From an uncultured Alphaproteobacteria bacterium (GTDB lineage Bacteria > Pseudomonadota > Alphaproteobacteria > Rs-D84): a stretch of 64,000 bases of DNA. Where the stretch lies: assembly GCA_944389555.1 (NCBI GenBank), contig CALXMU010000002.1:116433-180432 (forward strand), read 5' to 3'. A model generated the notes under the pieces. The model worked only from the letters and a program-made list of their open reading frames with translations. It had not been told where the DNA came from and did not search any database. The translations under genes and the position numbers were made by a program. Shown here piece after piece: positions 30,807-40,029 of the stretch (position 1 is its first letter; each line of letters starts with the position of its first letter).

Positions 30807-30910
30807 TTTATGGCTATATACGTGTTTCAACCGATAAACAAGACTGCGCAAATCAAAAAGGAGGTAATTTAAGGAGCCCCACCTGGGGTTGTGTATTGAT
30901 AAACACATAG
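30803..30910 (+). pseudogene. Truncated N-terminus of a second serine recombinase (MIYGYIRVSTDKQDCANQKG...) ending in a premature stop after 35 codons
   Basis: A canonical resolvase N-terminus (YIRVSTxxQ) followed by unrelated sequence and a TAG stop. Confidence 0.5.
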
Positions 30911-31002
30911 AAAGCATCAGAATATAATAAGTTTATTACTGATTTCAAACTGTTATACGAGATACTATCGTAAATGTATCTTACAAAAATGAATTTTAAA
31001 GT

Positions 31003-32370
31003 TTAGTGAAAAGATTTTATTATTCTTTTATAAATCTTATTTTGTTCTTTTATCTGTCCACGAAATAAATCAATTATGCTTTCTGACACATCCATATGTT
31101 TCATACACATGAATTTCAGTATTGTTTTACGAGATAGCTTATATTTTGCCCAGGGATTTTCCAGCATAATTTGTTTTTCTCCAAACGAAAATATTATTGC
31201 TGACAATTTATTATCAAGTAAAAACCTGCCGTTGTGTTGCATACGACAAAACAAATCACTTGGCATAACCGGCTCTATGTCTGTTAAAAAACTTTGTTTT
31301 TTATGTTCAAGAGACATTGCTTTGTGTATAAAATTTATAGGCGCATTCTCAAATATTGGATATCCTTTTTTCCCGTATAACGCATACCATATAATATTAG
31401 AGTTTATACATTTATGATTACCAAATCTATTAAATGTTTCTATTGGGAAAGTTGTTTGGTCTAGAGTGTCCAACTCCGACATATCCAGCCATAAAACAAA
31501 AGGGTTCCCTTTTCTCGCTTGATAACTATATATTTTGTCTCCGTTTTTGTTTTTGCATTTTATGCTGCAAATAAAAGAAATATATCGACTTCTAAAATTT
31601 TCATCATAATAGAAGTCTCCTCCTTTTTTGCTAAAAGACATCAAATCTTCTTCAATATATTCTCCATTAGCCTTATTCTTTGGTCTTGGAAATCCTCCTG
31701 GCGCACATTCTTTTATACCAGTGGTTATCGATCCTTGCTTAAAATTAGTAGTATTTGATCTATGATCAATGGTATTTACTTTTTTATTGCTGCTTGTTGG
31801 CGTTGTGTTTTCTATAAACTGGGGGCTATTTACTTCAATATCAAAACTATCCCCCATAAATGACACCTCAAAATCCGGGGTGGCACCCTCAACCTCTTTT
31901 ATATGTTTAATTGAGAAGCCGCCATTTAATAATTCTGCACAAGCAACTATTTCTGCGATAGCGCCATTTATAATAGTTATATCCTTTGATAATAGATTCG
32001 TATTTTTATGATGATTTAAAAAATCACGTAAATTTTGGTTATTGCTGTCAATGATTGTTTGAATAGCATTTTCTAATTTTTGTCCATGAATTGTTATATC
32101 TGCCTTTGGTTGCATTCCACTATGAAGTTCCCTTATCATTGCCCATATTGGATGAGACAAAGTCCCGTTTTTATATGTCATTTTTGATATTTTTTTATAA
32201 TTATCAATCCCGATGCAATTTAAAAGAAAGATACCATTTTTCATAGAAGCATTACTCCTCCCAAGTTTTTGTGCAATAAATACGCCAAAGAATAACTGTT
32301 TTTTCGATTTGAAAAGGGGCGGTAAAGAATGATATATAGATATATCTCCTTTTTCCGTAATCTTCGGCAT
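31003..32370 (-). CDS. Hypothetical 455-aa protein translationally coupled to the endonuclease gene (TAATG overlap)
   Basis: No recognisable domain. Start refined to MPKITEKGD, whose ATG overlaps the TAA stop of the upstream gene by 1 nt. Very AT-rich. Confidence 0.45.
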   Translation of the reverse strand: MPKITEKGDISIYHSLPPLFKSKKQLFFGVFIAQKLGRSNASMKNGIFLLNCIGIDNYKKISKMTYKNGTLSHPIWAMIRELHSGMQPKADITIHGQKLENAIQTIIDSNNQNLRDFLNHHKNTNLLSKDITIINGAIAEIVACAELLNGGFSIKHIKEVEGATPDFEVSFMGDSFDIEVNSPQFIENTTPTSSNKKVNTIDHRSNTTNFKQGSITTGIKECAPGGFPRPKNKANGEYIEEDLMSFSKKGGDFYYDENFRSRYISFICSIKCKNKNGDKIYSYQARKGNPFVLWLDMSELDTLDQTTFPIETFNRFGNHKCINSNIIWYALYGKKGYPIFENAPINFIHKAMSLEHKKQSFLTDIEPVMPSDLFCRMQHNGRFLLDNKLSAIIFSFGEKQIMLENPWAKYKLSRKTILKFMCMKHMDVSESIIDLFRGQIKEQNKIYKRIIKSFH

Positions 32371-34355
32371 TAATTTAAATTCACATATGCCTTTTTTATA
32401 TATGTATAGTACCAATCAACAGGTGCAAGACCTTCTACTTGATAAGCTTCATCAAGACGTTTGTACAAGTCTTTATAGGTTAGCCCTAAGGCAAGTATGG
32501 CTTTTAAAACATCAATTTCCAGAGGGATTATTTTCATACCAACTTGTGTATATGTCTGGTCTGAACGACTATAATATGTCGCATTCTTTCGTAAACGGAA
32601 ATCTGATATAACGTTTGGATCCAAATGGTTCGTCGCGAATATACAATAAGAGTTATTATTGCGAGTTCTTATCAAATAATCACCCAGGTGTCTGGATACA
32701 GGTTCCATTTCCATCCTGCGTTGGTTTGTGGCATCTGCTAGGGTTGCTTCGATAAGAAGACAGTGTTGCGGATAGTAGTCGGAAGCCTCGTATTCATAAA
32801 CGATATCTGCTTCCCCACCGGCAGCATGCGTTTTTGGCAACAAATCTGCATCTAATGATAATTTCATATACTCTAGGACATTTCCTTTACGTTCGCTGAC
32901 TTTATACCACAATATGCCCAATATATATTCAAAAATAGTTGGAACATCGGCATTGTCTGTTACTGTTTCTTGAACAAAAGAATCGTCTCTTGTTTGAAAT
33001 GCGGTCAACAGATCTTGTATCTTATCGTCCGTAAACAACCGATCTATCAAGAGGTTAAATCTCCGTAATCTCTCATTTTTTATAATCTCTCTTGCAGAGA
33101 CCAAATTATTGGCATTTGTCCCAAGTTCGTGATTGATCCCGTCTAATATGGCGGCTTCGTTTATAGTTAAGCACGGCGAAATTTGTTCTAAGCACGTAAC
33201 TTTGTCGAGATCATTATGTGATTCAAATGCGGACAGGTATAGACAATCAGCGATAGGTACAAAGAAGCTTTTTGGTATAAGATCAAACTCTACTTTATCA
33301 TCGTGGAATAATATCAAATCCGTAAGCTTAAAATATCTTCGATTTAAATCAAAGTAGTCATATAATGTGGCTTTTGTTTTGTTTACATGCATTACTTTAA
33401 AAAATGCCTTTTTTAGATCCGTTTCGTTCTGTACGGAGCTAAAAATACAATCATTTAAAGATTCCTCTGGATTGGCTATAATGGCTTTTTCAGAAAACTT
33501 GTTAAACACAAGACTCAGCCAATATTTCCCTGCCGTATTGGATATGCTTCTAGTCGCCTGATATAATATAGGAACCTTAGAAATGTCTTTATCTAAGAAA
33601 ACATCTTTCAAAGCTAAATACAAGAGGTAATATGGCTTATCATAGTTCCTACTCTTACGATTTATACCTATTTCACAGATCAAACTCTCAGTTACTGCAT
33701 TCTCCAGAAAAACAGTTTGTGCCTGCTGATAATTATCCATTTCAATAATGCGGTTAAAAATAACATCTTCTATTGTCTCTTGTCCGAAACGCAGCCTTTG
33801 AATATGTTCAATAATTTCTTGTGTCGTCCCTTGATTTATGCATAACGGTAGCAAATACATGAATTCCTGAAACGAAAGACTCCCTAGCTTTGACAACACG
33901 TACACCAAAACGACAAGCGGACGCACTGTATAGCCAGCCACAACAGAACTTGTTTTTAACAGCTGCTGTGTAAAAATCATACTATCTTTTTGTATTTGGA
34001 AAGCATTATCATCGTCGAAGTTCCCTTCTAGACTTATGTTCAGCAATTTTCTGCCACTTTCCGTCAGATGTCTATCTTGTGTTATCAGCCCAATTTCAAC
34101 TAGTCCAGATGTTTTTTCTCGTGCATCTTTTGGTTTATTCTTAGCTGCACCTTCAACAAACCCTTTTTCTTGCATATAATCATAATATGCTGATTGAACC
34201 GAATTATTGCCATTCCATACAGCATCCTTATTCTTGGGCAAGTTCCAAAAATCATTTAAGAGCAGAAGCTGTTGTTCTATTGTTTTATTGAAATTTTTGG
34301 TTCTGAAACTAGTTGTTCCTAGGTTCCAACAAAAACTTTTATACGGAATCGGCAT
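32370..34355 (-). CDS. Type IIS restriction endonuclease or nicking enzyme of the AlwI/N.BstNBI/PleI/MlyI family
   Basis: 661 aa. The C-terminal catalytic block THAAGGEADIVYEYE...EAT...RRMEMEPVSRH matches the remembered AlwI-family block (THAAGNQPDMEIIYED...EPVTRH in N.BstNBI). Lies immediately downstream of two D12-class m6A methyltransferases. Confidence 0.6.
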   Translation of the reverse strand: MPIPYKSFCWNLGTTSFRTKNFNKTIEQQLLLLNDFWNLPKNKDAVWNGNNSVQSAYYDYMQEKGFVEGAAKNKPKDAREKTSGLVEIGLITQDRHLTESGRKLLNISLEGNFDDDNAFQIQKDSMIFTQQLLKTSSVVAGYTVRPLVVLVYVLSKLGSLSFQEFMYLLPLCINQGTTQEIIEHIQRLRFGQETIEDVIFNRIIEMDNYQQAQTVFLENAVTESLICEIGINRKSRNYDKPYYLLYLALKDVFLDKDISKVPILYQATRSISNTAGKYWLSLVFNKFSEKAIIANPEESLNDCIFSSVQNETDLKKAFFKVMHVNKTKATLYDYFDLNRRYFKLTDLILFHDDKVEFDLIPKSFFVPIADCLYLSAFESHNDLDKVTCLEQISPCLTINEAAILDGINHELGTNANNLVSAREIIKNERLRRFNLLIDRLFTDDKIQDLLTAFQTRDDSFVQETVTDNADVPTIFEYILGILWYKVSERKGNVLEYMKLSLDADLLPKTHAAGGEADIVYEYEASDYYPQHCLLIEATLADATNQRRMEMEPVSRHLGDYLIRTRNNNSYCIFATNHLDPNVISDFRLRKNATYYSRSDQTYTQVGMKIIPLEIDVLKAILALGLTYKDLYKRLDEAYQVEGLAPVDWYYTYIKKAYVNLN

Positions 34356-34369
34356 ACTAAACTTCCTTT

Positions 34370-35287
34370 TTAATAATTTATTATCAAAACTTCCTCGCTA
34401 GAATCTGTCTTGTCCTTAGTTTGATAATTGGAGTTCGCATAAGTATATCTTAATGGAATTACTTTGTATTTGTCAATATTATTGCTGAGCCACTGTAGCA
34501 AGACACTATTTTCCTTACCTTTACTTCTCAACACATTAGAAAGCGCAAACTTCGTTCCATATTGATGAAGCCTATCCAGAAACTTTAGGAGGTCTTTTTC
34601 TGTTTGAATATTCCAACCGCCTTGTTCATTATATGTGGCGCAAGTAATTAAATATGGAGGATCTACATATACAAAATCATCTGGACCTAATGCTTCTATA
34701 TCAAAATCTCGAAAATCTTTACACATAAACCGGCACTCCTGCTCATGCAATCTATCGATGAAAGAAGACAACTTTGTCGCCATATTGGAATTAAAGTCTC
34801 TTTTCCCCACAGGCAAATTAAAATCGCCATGAGCGTTAAAACGTATCTGATTGTTAAATGCATAAACAATCAAAACATATAAGACCACATAATAGTAATA
34901 GTCCTCGTTTAACTTCGTATTAAAATCGTCACGCAACTTTAGAAATTTATCTTTATTATACGGTCCCAATCCCGTACTACTGTCACAACCATAATAATCG
35001 TATCCATGCAAACTAACGAGTGAAAGATTGTATTTATCTATTATTTGATAAACCCAATCAAATACGGCTTTTTTATCAAGATTTTTTAGTGTGTTATACA
35101 GACAAATAAGCTCTCTATTGAGGTCATTATATATCACAGAATTAGACTGAACATTTATTCCAACATTGCAGCCGCCACAAAACAAATCCACAAAAGTATT
35201 TATTTTCTTTGGGAACAGAGGCAAAATCTGGGATAAAAGTTTTGCCTTTCCACCGGTATAATTAAGAGGGGATTGTATGAAAGGCAA
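34370..35287 (-). CDS. Dam-family (D12 class) N6-adenine DNA methyltransferase
   Basis: Motifs SPLNYTGGKAKLL (Dam PFLKWAGGK-like), FCGGCNV and FVYVDPPY. Confidence 0.75.
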   Translation of the reverse strand: MPFIQSPLNYTGGKAKLLSQILPLFPKKINTFVDLFCGGCNVGINVQSNSVIYNDLNRELICLYNTLKNLDKKAVFDWVYQIIDKYNLSLVSLHGYDYYGCDSSTGLGPYNKDKFLKLRDDFNTKLNEDYYYYVVLYVLIVYAFNNQIRFNAHGDFNLPVGKRDFNSNMATKLSSFIDRLHEQECRFMCKDFRDFDIEALGPDDFVYVDPPYLITCATYNEQGGWNIQTEKDLLKFLDRLHQYGTKFALSNVLRSKGKENSVLLQWLSNNIDKYKVIPLRYTYANSNYQTKDKTDSSEEVLIINY

Positions 35288-36322
35288 TTATGTTCCTTTT
35301 GGGTAGCATGTACATAAGAACAATCTCTCCTCATTGTCTTCTATATCGGATTTTCCTGTGGTAAAGGCTTTGTATTCTGTGGAAAAGATTTTGACAGTTC
35401 CTTTGGCACTTAGAATACGCATAATGTCTTCATCCGATATTTTTGCGTTGGATCGATCGTTGCCTTTTTGGGACATGTTATTATATGATAACAATATATA
35501 TTTTGCATTTATACTCTGAATTAAATCTTCGAAAGATTTAGTAGCTTGATTAGTGCAATACTTGCTTTTTATGTTGGAACGATCCATCTTTTTTGCAACA
35601 CCGTACACTGTTGGTTTCTGCCATCTGGCAACATTTTCAAGTAAATGGTAGGCATCGCAATACTGTCTGGAATTATATGGCGGATCTATGTATACCAAAT
35701 CTGCATATATATCTTTTACCAACTGATTGGCGTCAAGATTAAAACATTTGTTCAGTTTATTATTCGTTTTTGGCGCAAGTGGCACATATAATTCCAAAGC
35801 AGTGTCATAAGAGCTACCTTTTCTATAAGCATCATAATGCCCGCATGTCTGAGCTATTTTGTCCATCGCATATAGCAAAGATGTAATCAGAATAGCGCGT
35901 TCTCGTTCATTTATAAATTTTTGTTTAAACAATCGCTCAATATCACTGCGTATATAGCCAATCTTCGAACAGTCTTCCTTGCTGAAATATGTATCCGCAA
36001 AGTTTTGTGTCATGTAGTTAGATTTGCATGATTCAAGGGCATTGTACCGCTTTATCAAGTCTATAATCTTTTTTTTACTATAAGATTCTGTCCCAAACCA
36101 AGCATAGTTACAGATATAATTACTATACATCAAATCATTTGTGATTATGGCTAATTTATCACAAAAAGCTGACGAAACCGCACCCGTTCCAGCAAAAATA
36201 TCTGCCAGCGAAGTAATCCCTGGACATTCCTTTGCGACGATCTCACTGATAAATGGCAACAATTTGTATTTGTTGCCTAAATAACGTCGATTGTTAATTT
36301 TGGACGTTTTATAGCCCTGCAT
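35288..36322 (-). CDS. Second D12-class N6-adenine DNA methyltransferase
   Basis: Motif I DIFAGTGAV and motif IV LVYIDPPYN. Its stop abuts the start of the downstream MTase. Confidence 0.65.
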   Translation of the reverse strand: MQGYKTSKINNRRYLGNKYKLLPFISEIVAKECPGITSLADIFAGTGAVSSAFCDKLAIITNDLMYSNYICNYAWFGTESYSKKKIIDLIKRYNALESCKSNYMTQNFADTYFSKEDCSKIGYIRSDIERLFKQKFINERERAILITSLLYAMDKIAQTCGHYDAYRKGSSYDTALELYVPLAPKTNNKLNKCFNLDANQLVKDIYADLVYIDPPYNSRQYCDAYHLLENVARWQKPTVYGVAKKMDRSNIKSKYCTNQATKSFEDLIQSINAKYILLSYNNMSQKGNDRSNAKISDEDIMRILSAKGTVKIFSTEYKAFTTGKSDIEDNEERLFLCTCYPKGT

Positions 36323-36583
36323 TATCCTTTCCCTTCATTAGAGAATTTAGAACAAAACGTGTATATAAGTCAAGAAACAAACGACATGGGCTCGGGCAAG
36401 ATGACACGTAATTTGTCAAGCAACCTAAAAACACAATTTAGGCTTGTAGCTCTCCATTCATAATATTCCCTCATATCTAGGAACGGAGTTCTAGGCTTAG
36501 CAGTTCATCTGGCACTATTCACACAATAAATATTGTACTCAGATTCGCTGTCCTGCGGCATACTTGCATATCGAATTACTCTA

Positions 36584-36611
36584 TTGATATTTCTAGGGTT
36601 TTATGTATAAT
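36584..36611 (+). promoter_or_regulatory. Sigma70-like promoter of the KAP NTPase gene (TTGATA, 16 bp spacer, TATAAT)
   Basis: Located in the divergent intergenic region. Confidence 0.35.
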
Positions 36612-36633
36612 GGCAAAAAAATAGGATATAATC

Positions 36634-38271
36634 GTGGCTAATAACAATACGGTATCTGTTGACGTTTGGGGAAACGATAAATTGGACATTAGGGAAAAGG
36701 TCATTGGATTTGCCGACATATTGAAGCAGGAGAAATTTACAGAACACGGTACATCCAGGGTATATTCTATTTCTGCGGAATTTGGTATTGGGAAAACGTT
36801 CTTTTGCGAAAAGTTACGTGATGTGTTAGAGCAAGATGGCGTACCTGTATCTATGCTGAACATATGGAAAATGGATTTTTACGAAAACCCGCTTGTCCCG
36901 TTACTTATTAAGCTACAGGATACATATACGCAATATTACAACACTCCTGAAGGTTTCCCAAATCCGAAAACACTTTTAAATGCGTTTAAATCCTTGGCGG
37001 CAGGAATTTCTGTTGAGGCACATGCCCCATTGTTCGGGAAAATAGTTATTGATGGTGAAAAAATCATCAGTCGTCATGAAAACCTAAAAAAGACTGCAGA
37101 GGAGAATAGTATCTATTCCGAATATAAACAATTTAAAACAGAATTAGATAATTTGAAATCGTTTTTAGGCAATTGGGCACGTGAAGCAAATAACCCTATT
37201 ATTATCATAATTGATGAACTTGACCGTTGCCGTCCGGATTATGCTGTTAAAACACTGGAAATACTAAAGCATTTCTTTGATATTCCAGGTTTTGTATTTA
37301 TTTTGGCTATAGATGAGGAACAATTAAAGAACTCTGTCGAAACATTGTTTGGCACAAAAAATTTTGATGGCTATAAACGCAAATTTATAAATAACTCGTT
37401 TTTATTACCAGCGCCAGACAAGGTAAAATTTACAGATTATTTATATGAAAAATCTGGATTGGCTGACATTGTGAAACAAATAGAGGCAAATAAACAAGAT
37501 TTAGTATTTAAAACAGTTATCAAGAATCTAGAACTCAGACATTTTAACAGAGACAAGTCTCTCAGTGCTGAGCAAACTTTTAATAAAAATCAAACAACAG
37601 AAAATATAATTAAACGGTATTTTGCTGCGTACAGTATATGGTTTCAATTTTCTTTGCGACGAATGGAACAAGTGTTTGATAGGCTGGTATTATTCTCTAA
37701 AAACATACTAAGTAGCAATGAATTATATTCACCCGATTTGGCTGTTTTATTGGTGTGTTTACATGAGTTTGATTTAAAAATATATGATAAACTACGATTG
37801 TCTTCGTTTAGAGTATATGGTCAGCATGGAGGCCTATTGAGACACATTTATAATACCAGTAGAAACGATTTCTCTTTTGCGAGATCTGTATATGCCGATA
37901 AAGCAGACGATATGTTCAGCACATTAAATCGCACTTTGATACCTAAAGTTCCTGAAATCCAGGGCTTCTCGACAACCGAACCAACTGGACAAACGTATAT
38001 AGTTATTATTCACGATGATGTTGATAGATTCTTTGTTGCAGAAGAATCACAAAAACATCCTTTAGCGTGGATTGTTGAAATACAAGATTTTGAGTCTGGC
38101 GTACGATCCATGGTACAAAACAATGGACGAATAGCAGTAATAACCAATTCAAAACGAGATGCTGCTTGGAAAGATGGGCCTGCTGATATAGATACAGCAA
38201 GTCAATTTAATCTTGAACAATTCAGGAAGAATTATTTTGATAAGATGGATTTTGTATCTAATTTTAAATAG
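36634..38271 (+). CDS. KAP-family P-loop NTPase
   Basis: Walker A GIGKTFF, the hallmark IIIIDELDRCRPDYAV (Walker B plus DRC), and a hydrophobic insert region. GTG start. Confidence 0.7.
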   Translation: MANNNTVSVDVWGNDKLDIREKVIGFADILKQEKFTEHGTSRVYSISAEFGIGKTFFCEKLRDVLEQDGVPVSMLNIWKMDFYENPLVPLLIKLQDTYTQYYNTPEGFPNPKTLLNAFKSLAAGISVEAHAPLFGKIVIDGEKIISRHENLKKTAEENSIYSEYKQFKTELDNLKSFLGNWAREANNPIIIIIDELDRCRPDYAVKTLEILKHFFDIPGFVFILAIDEEQLKNSVETLFGTKNFDGYKRKFINNSFLLPAPDKVKFTDYLYEKSGLADIVKQIEANKQDLVFKTVIKNLELRHFNRDKSLSAEQTFNKNQTTENIIKRYFAAYSIWFQFSLRRMEQVFDRLVLFSKNILSSNELYSPDLAVLLVCLHEFDLKIYDKLRLSSFRVYGQHGGLLRHIYNTSRNDFSFARSVYADKADDMFSTLNRTLIPKVPEIQGFSTTEPTGQTYIVIIHDDVDRFFVAEESQKHPLAWIVEIQDFESGVRSMVQNNGRIAVITNSKRDAAWKDGPADIDTASQFNLEQFRKNYFDKMDFVSNFK

Positions 38272-38560
38272 GTCCTCTGTCCAAAGGCACGCATTTTTCT
38301 GCATTCGCTGCAAATATGTTGTATGTAGAGTATATTTCCCTGATACGCCTCAATAAATTCCCTGTTATTTTACGGAAATTTTGGTGGAAAGTGCGGAAAT
38401 CTGATGTTTGTGCACGGACGTGCGGTCAAAATTCGCTGTAGATTCCCTGTTAATCCCTGAAAATGAGTATTCTGGTATCCGTTTTTTAGCAACTAAATAC
38501 CGACCGACCAGAAAATTCAAACCGTCGCAAATGCGGCGGTTTTAATTTTCTGCTTGGAAC

Positions 38561-38917
38561 GTGCATATTCAAACAAAAGTCGTTAATTTAGGTTATGCTG
38601 ATTTATCCAACGTTCGTGAAATAAAATGGCCTTCAAAAGAAATTAGTGGCTTAAATAGTACTAAAAATCTACCGTCCGTTTTGGATTTTAGTCATACAGA
38701 TGAAGTTAATTTATCTGAGGCAGATTTGTCTATGGTACGCAAAATAAAATGGCTGATAGAAAAAGTTCTCGGTGATTATTGCTTGGCAAATTGGCCGCAG
38801 CATATTCAGAAATCATATAAATATTGGAAAGGAAGTTTAGCAATAAAAAACGCTGTTAAAAACCAAGTACAAGATATGGGTACAAAAATACAACAAATTT
38901 TTATGGACCGTAATTAA
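38561..38917 (+). CDS. Hypothetical protein with an internal duplication ([Y/E]ADLSxVRxIKW x2)
   Basis: ORF only. No family recognised. Confidence 0.3.
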   Translation: MHIQTKVVNLGYADLSNVREIKWPSKEISGLNSTKNLPSVLDFSHTDEVNLSEADLSMVRKIKWLIEKVLGDYCLANWPQHIQKSYKYWKGSLAIKNAVKNQVQDMGTKIQQIFMDRN

Positions 38918-39022
38918 GAATAGTTTGTATAAAGCATATAATACAAAAGGTGTTTGAATCTGGTTGAATCCTGTTTTTTATACTTTATAATCAATATAAA
39001 ACAAATATTAGGAGTTAGAGAA

Positions 39023-39364
39023 ATGTACAGATTTCCAGGATTATTTTTGGTGGGGGCTTCGTTTGTTTTATGTGCTTGTGCTGAAAATAAGGCAGAAGTT
39101 ATTAGCGGCACTTTGACTATGGGGCATGAAGTTAGGGCTTTCGTTCCAGATGGTCAAGATAAGGAATTTTGGCTGATAGATAAATCAGGGGATTTATACG
39201 AACAATATCAAAAAGTTGCGCCGATAGAATCTGGAGCTTATATACCGGTTCTGGCAGAATTAAAAGTAACAGAATTACCAAAAATGCAGGACGGTTTCGG
39301 GGCAGAATATGACGGTACATATGATGTCATTGAAACCATTTCAATAACCCCGATAAAAAAATGA
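39023..39364 (+). CDS. Lipoprotein (113 aa)
   Basis: RBS AGGAG and lipobox LCAC. Start refined from the ORF-track position. Confidence 0.5.
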   Translation: MYRFPGLFLVGASFVLCACAENKAEVISGTLTMGHEVRAFVPDGQDKEFWLIDKSGDLYEQYQKVAPIESGAYIPVLAELKVTELPKMQDGFGAEYDGTYDVIETISITPIKK

Positions 39365-39373
39365 GGTGATACT

Positions 39374-39937
39374 ATGAAAAAAATATCTATAATTGCATTT
39401 TCTTTATTACCGACAATTGCTTTTGCTAGTGATGCTGAAGATTGGAAAATTTATTTAAGAGCAGACGCAGGTATAACGTATTCTGATTTAACCGTAGATG
39501 ATTATGATTTGGGCGGTTTTCAGGGTATGTTTAATTTTGTCGCCGGCGGTCAGAAAGGGCCTTGGCGCGCAGAATTAGCGTATCAGGAACGCGCAACTGT
39601 AAGTGAATTATTTAGTTCGTTATTGACGCAAACTATGGCTTCTATGGAACAGCACGCTTTATTGCTGAATGGTTATTATGATGTTTGGTCTTCAAAATAT
39701 TTCGCTTGGTACGTTGGGGCGGGTGCGGGCTTAAATAGTTATGAAAAAGTAATTACCTATCAAAACACAGGAACAGAGGTTAGTGAAGACGGTTATTCTG
39801 CTATCCTTGGAGCCTATACAGGTTTGAGTCTAAACTTTGAACATATAGGAATTGATTTAGGGGTTGATTATTATTATACCTATAAACCAAATTTAAATTC
39901 TTTGGTACCCAAAATCGGTTTGCGTGTGATTTTCTAG
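39374..39937 (+). CDS. Small outer-membrane beta-barrel protein (OmpW/porin-family-like)
   Basis: Signal peptide, alternating amphipathic beta-strands and a C-terminal ...GLRVIF. Confidence 0.55.
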   Translation: MKKISIIAFSLLPTIAFASDAEDWKIYLRADAGITYSDLTVDDYDLGGFQGMFNFVAGGQKGPWRAELAYQERATVSELFSSLLTQTMASMEQHALLLNGYYDVWSSKYFAWYVGAGAGLNSYEKVITYQNTGTEVSEDGYSAILGAYTGLSLNFEHIGIDLGVDYYYTYKPNLNSLVPKIGLRVIF

Positions 39938-39955
39938 GTTGAAATAGTTTTATTA

Positions 39956-39988
39956 AAGACGGGCTTTCTGCCCGTCGATTTTTATTTG
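39956..39988 (+). terminator. Rho-independent terminator
   Basis: GACGGGC-tttct-GCCCGTC followed by a T-run. Confidence 0.6.
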
Positions 39989-40029
39989 ATTATACTTTGT
40001 TTTTGTGGTATACTTATACTAAATAAGTT

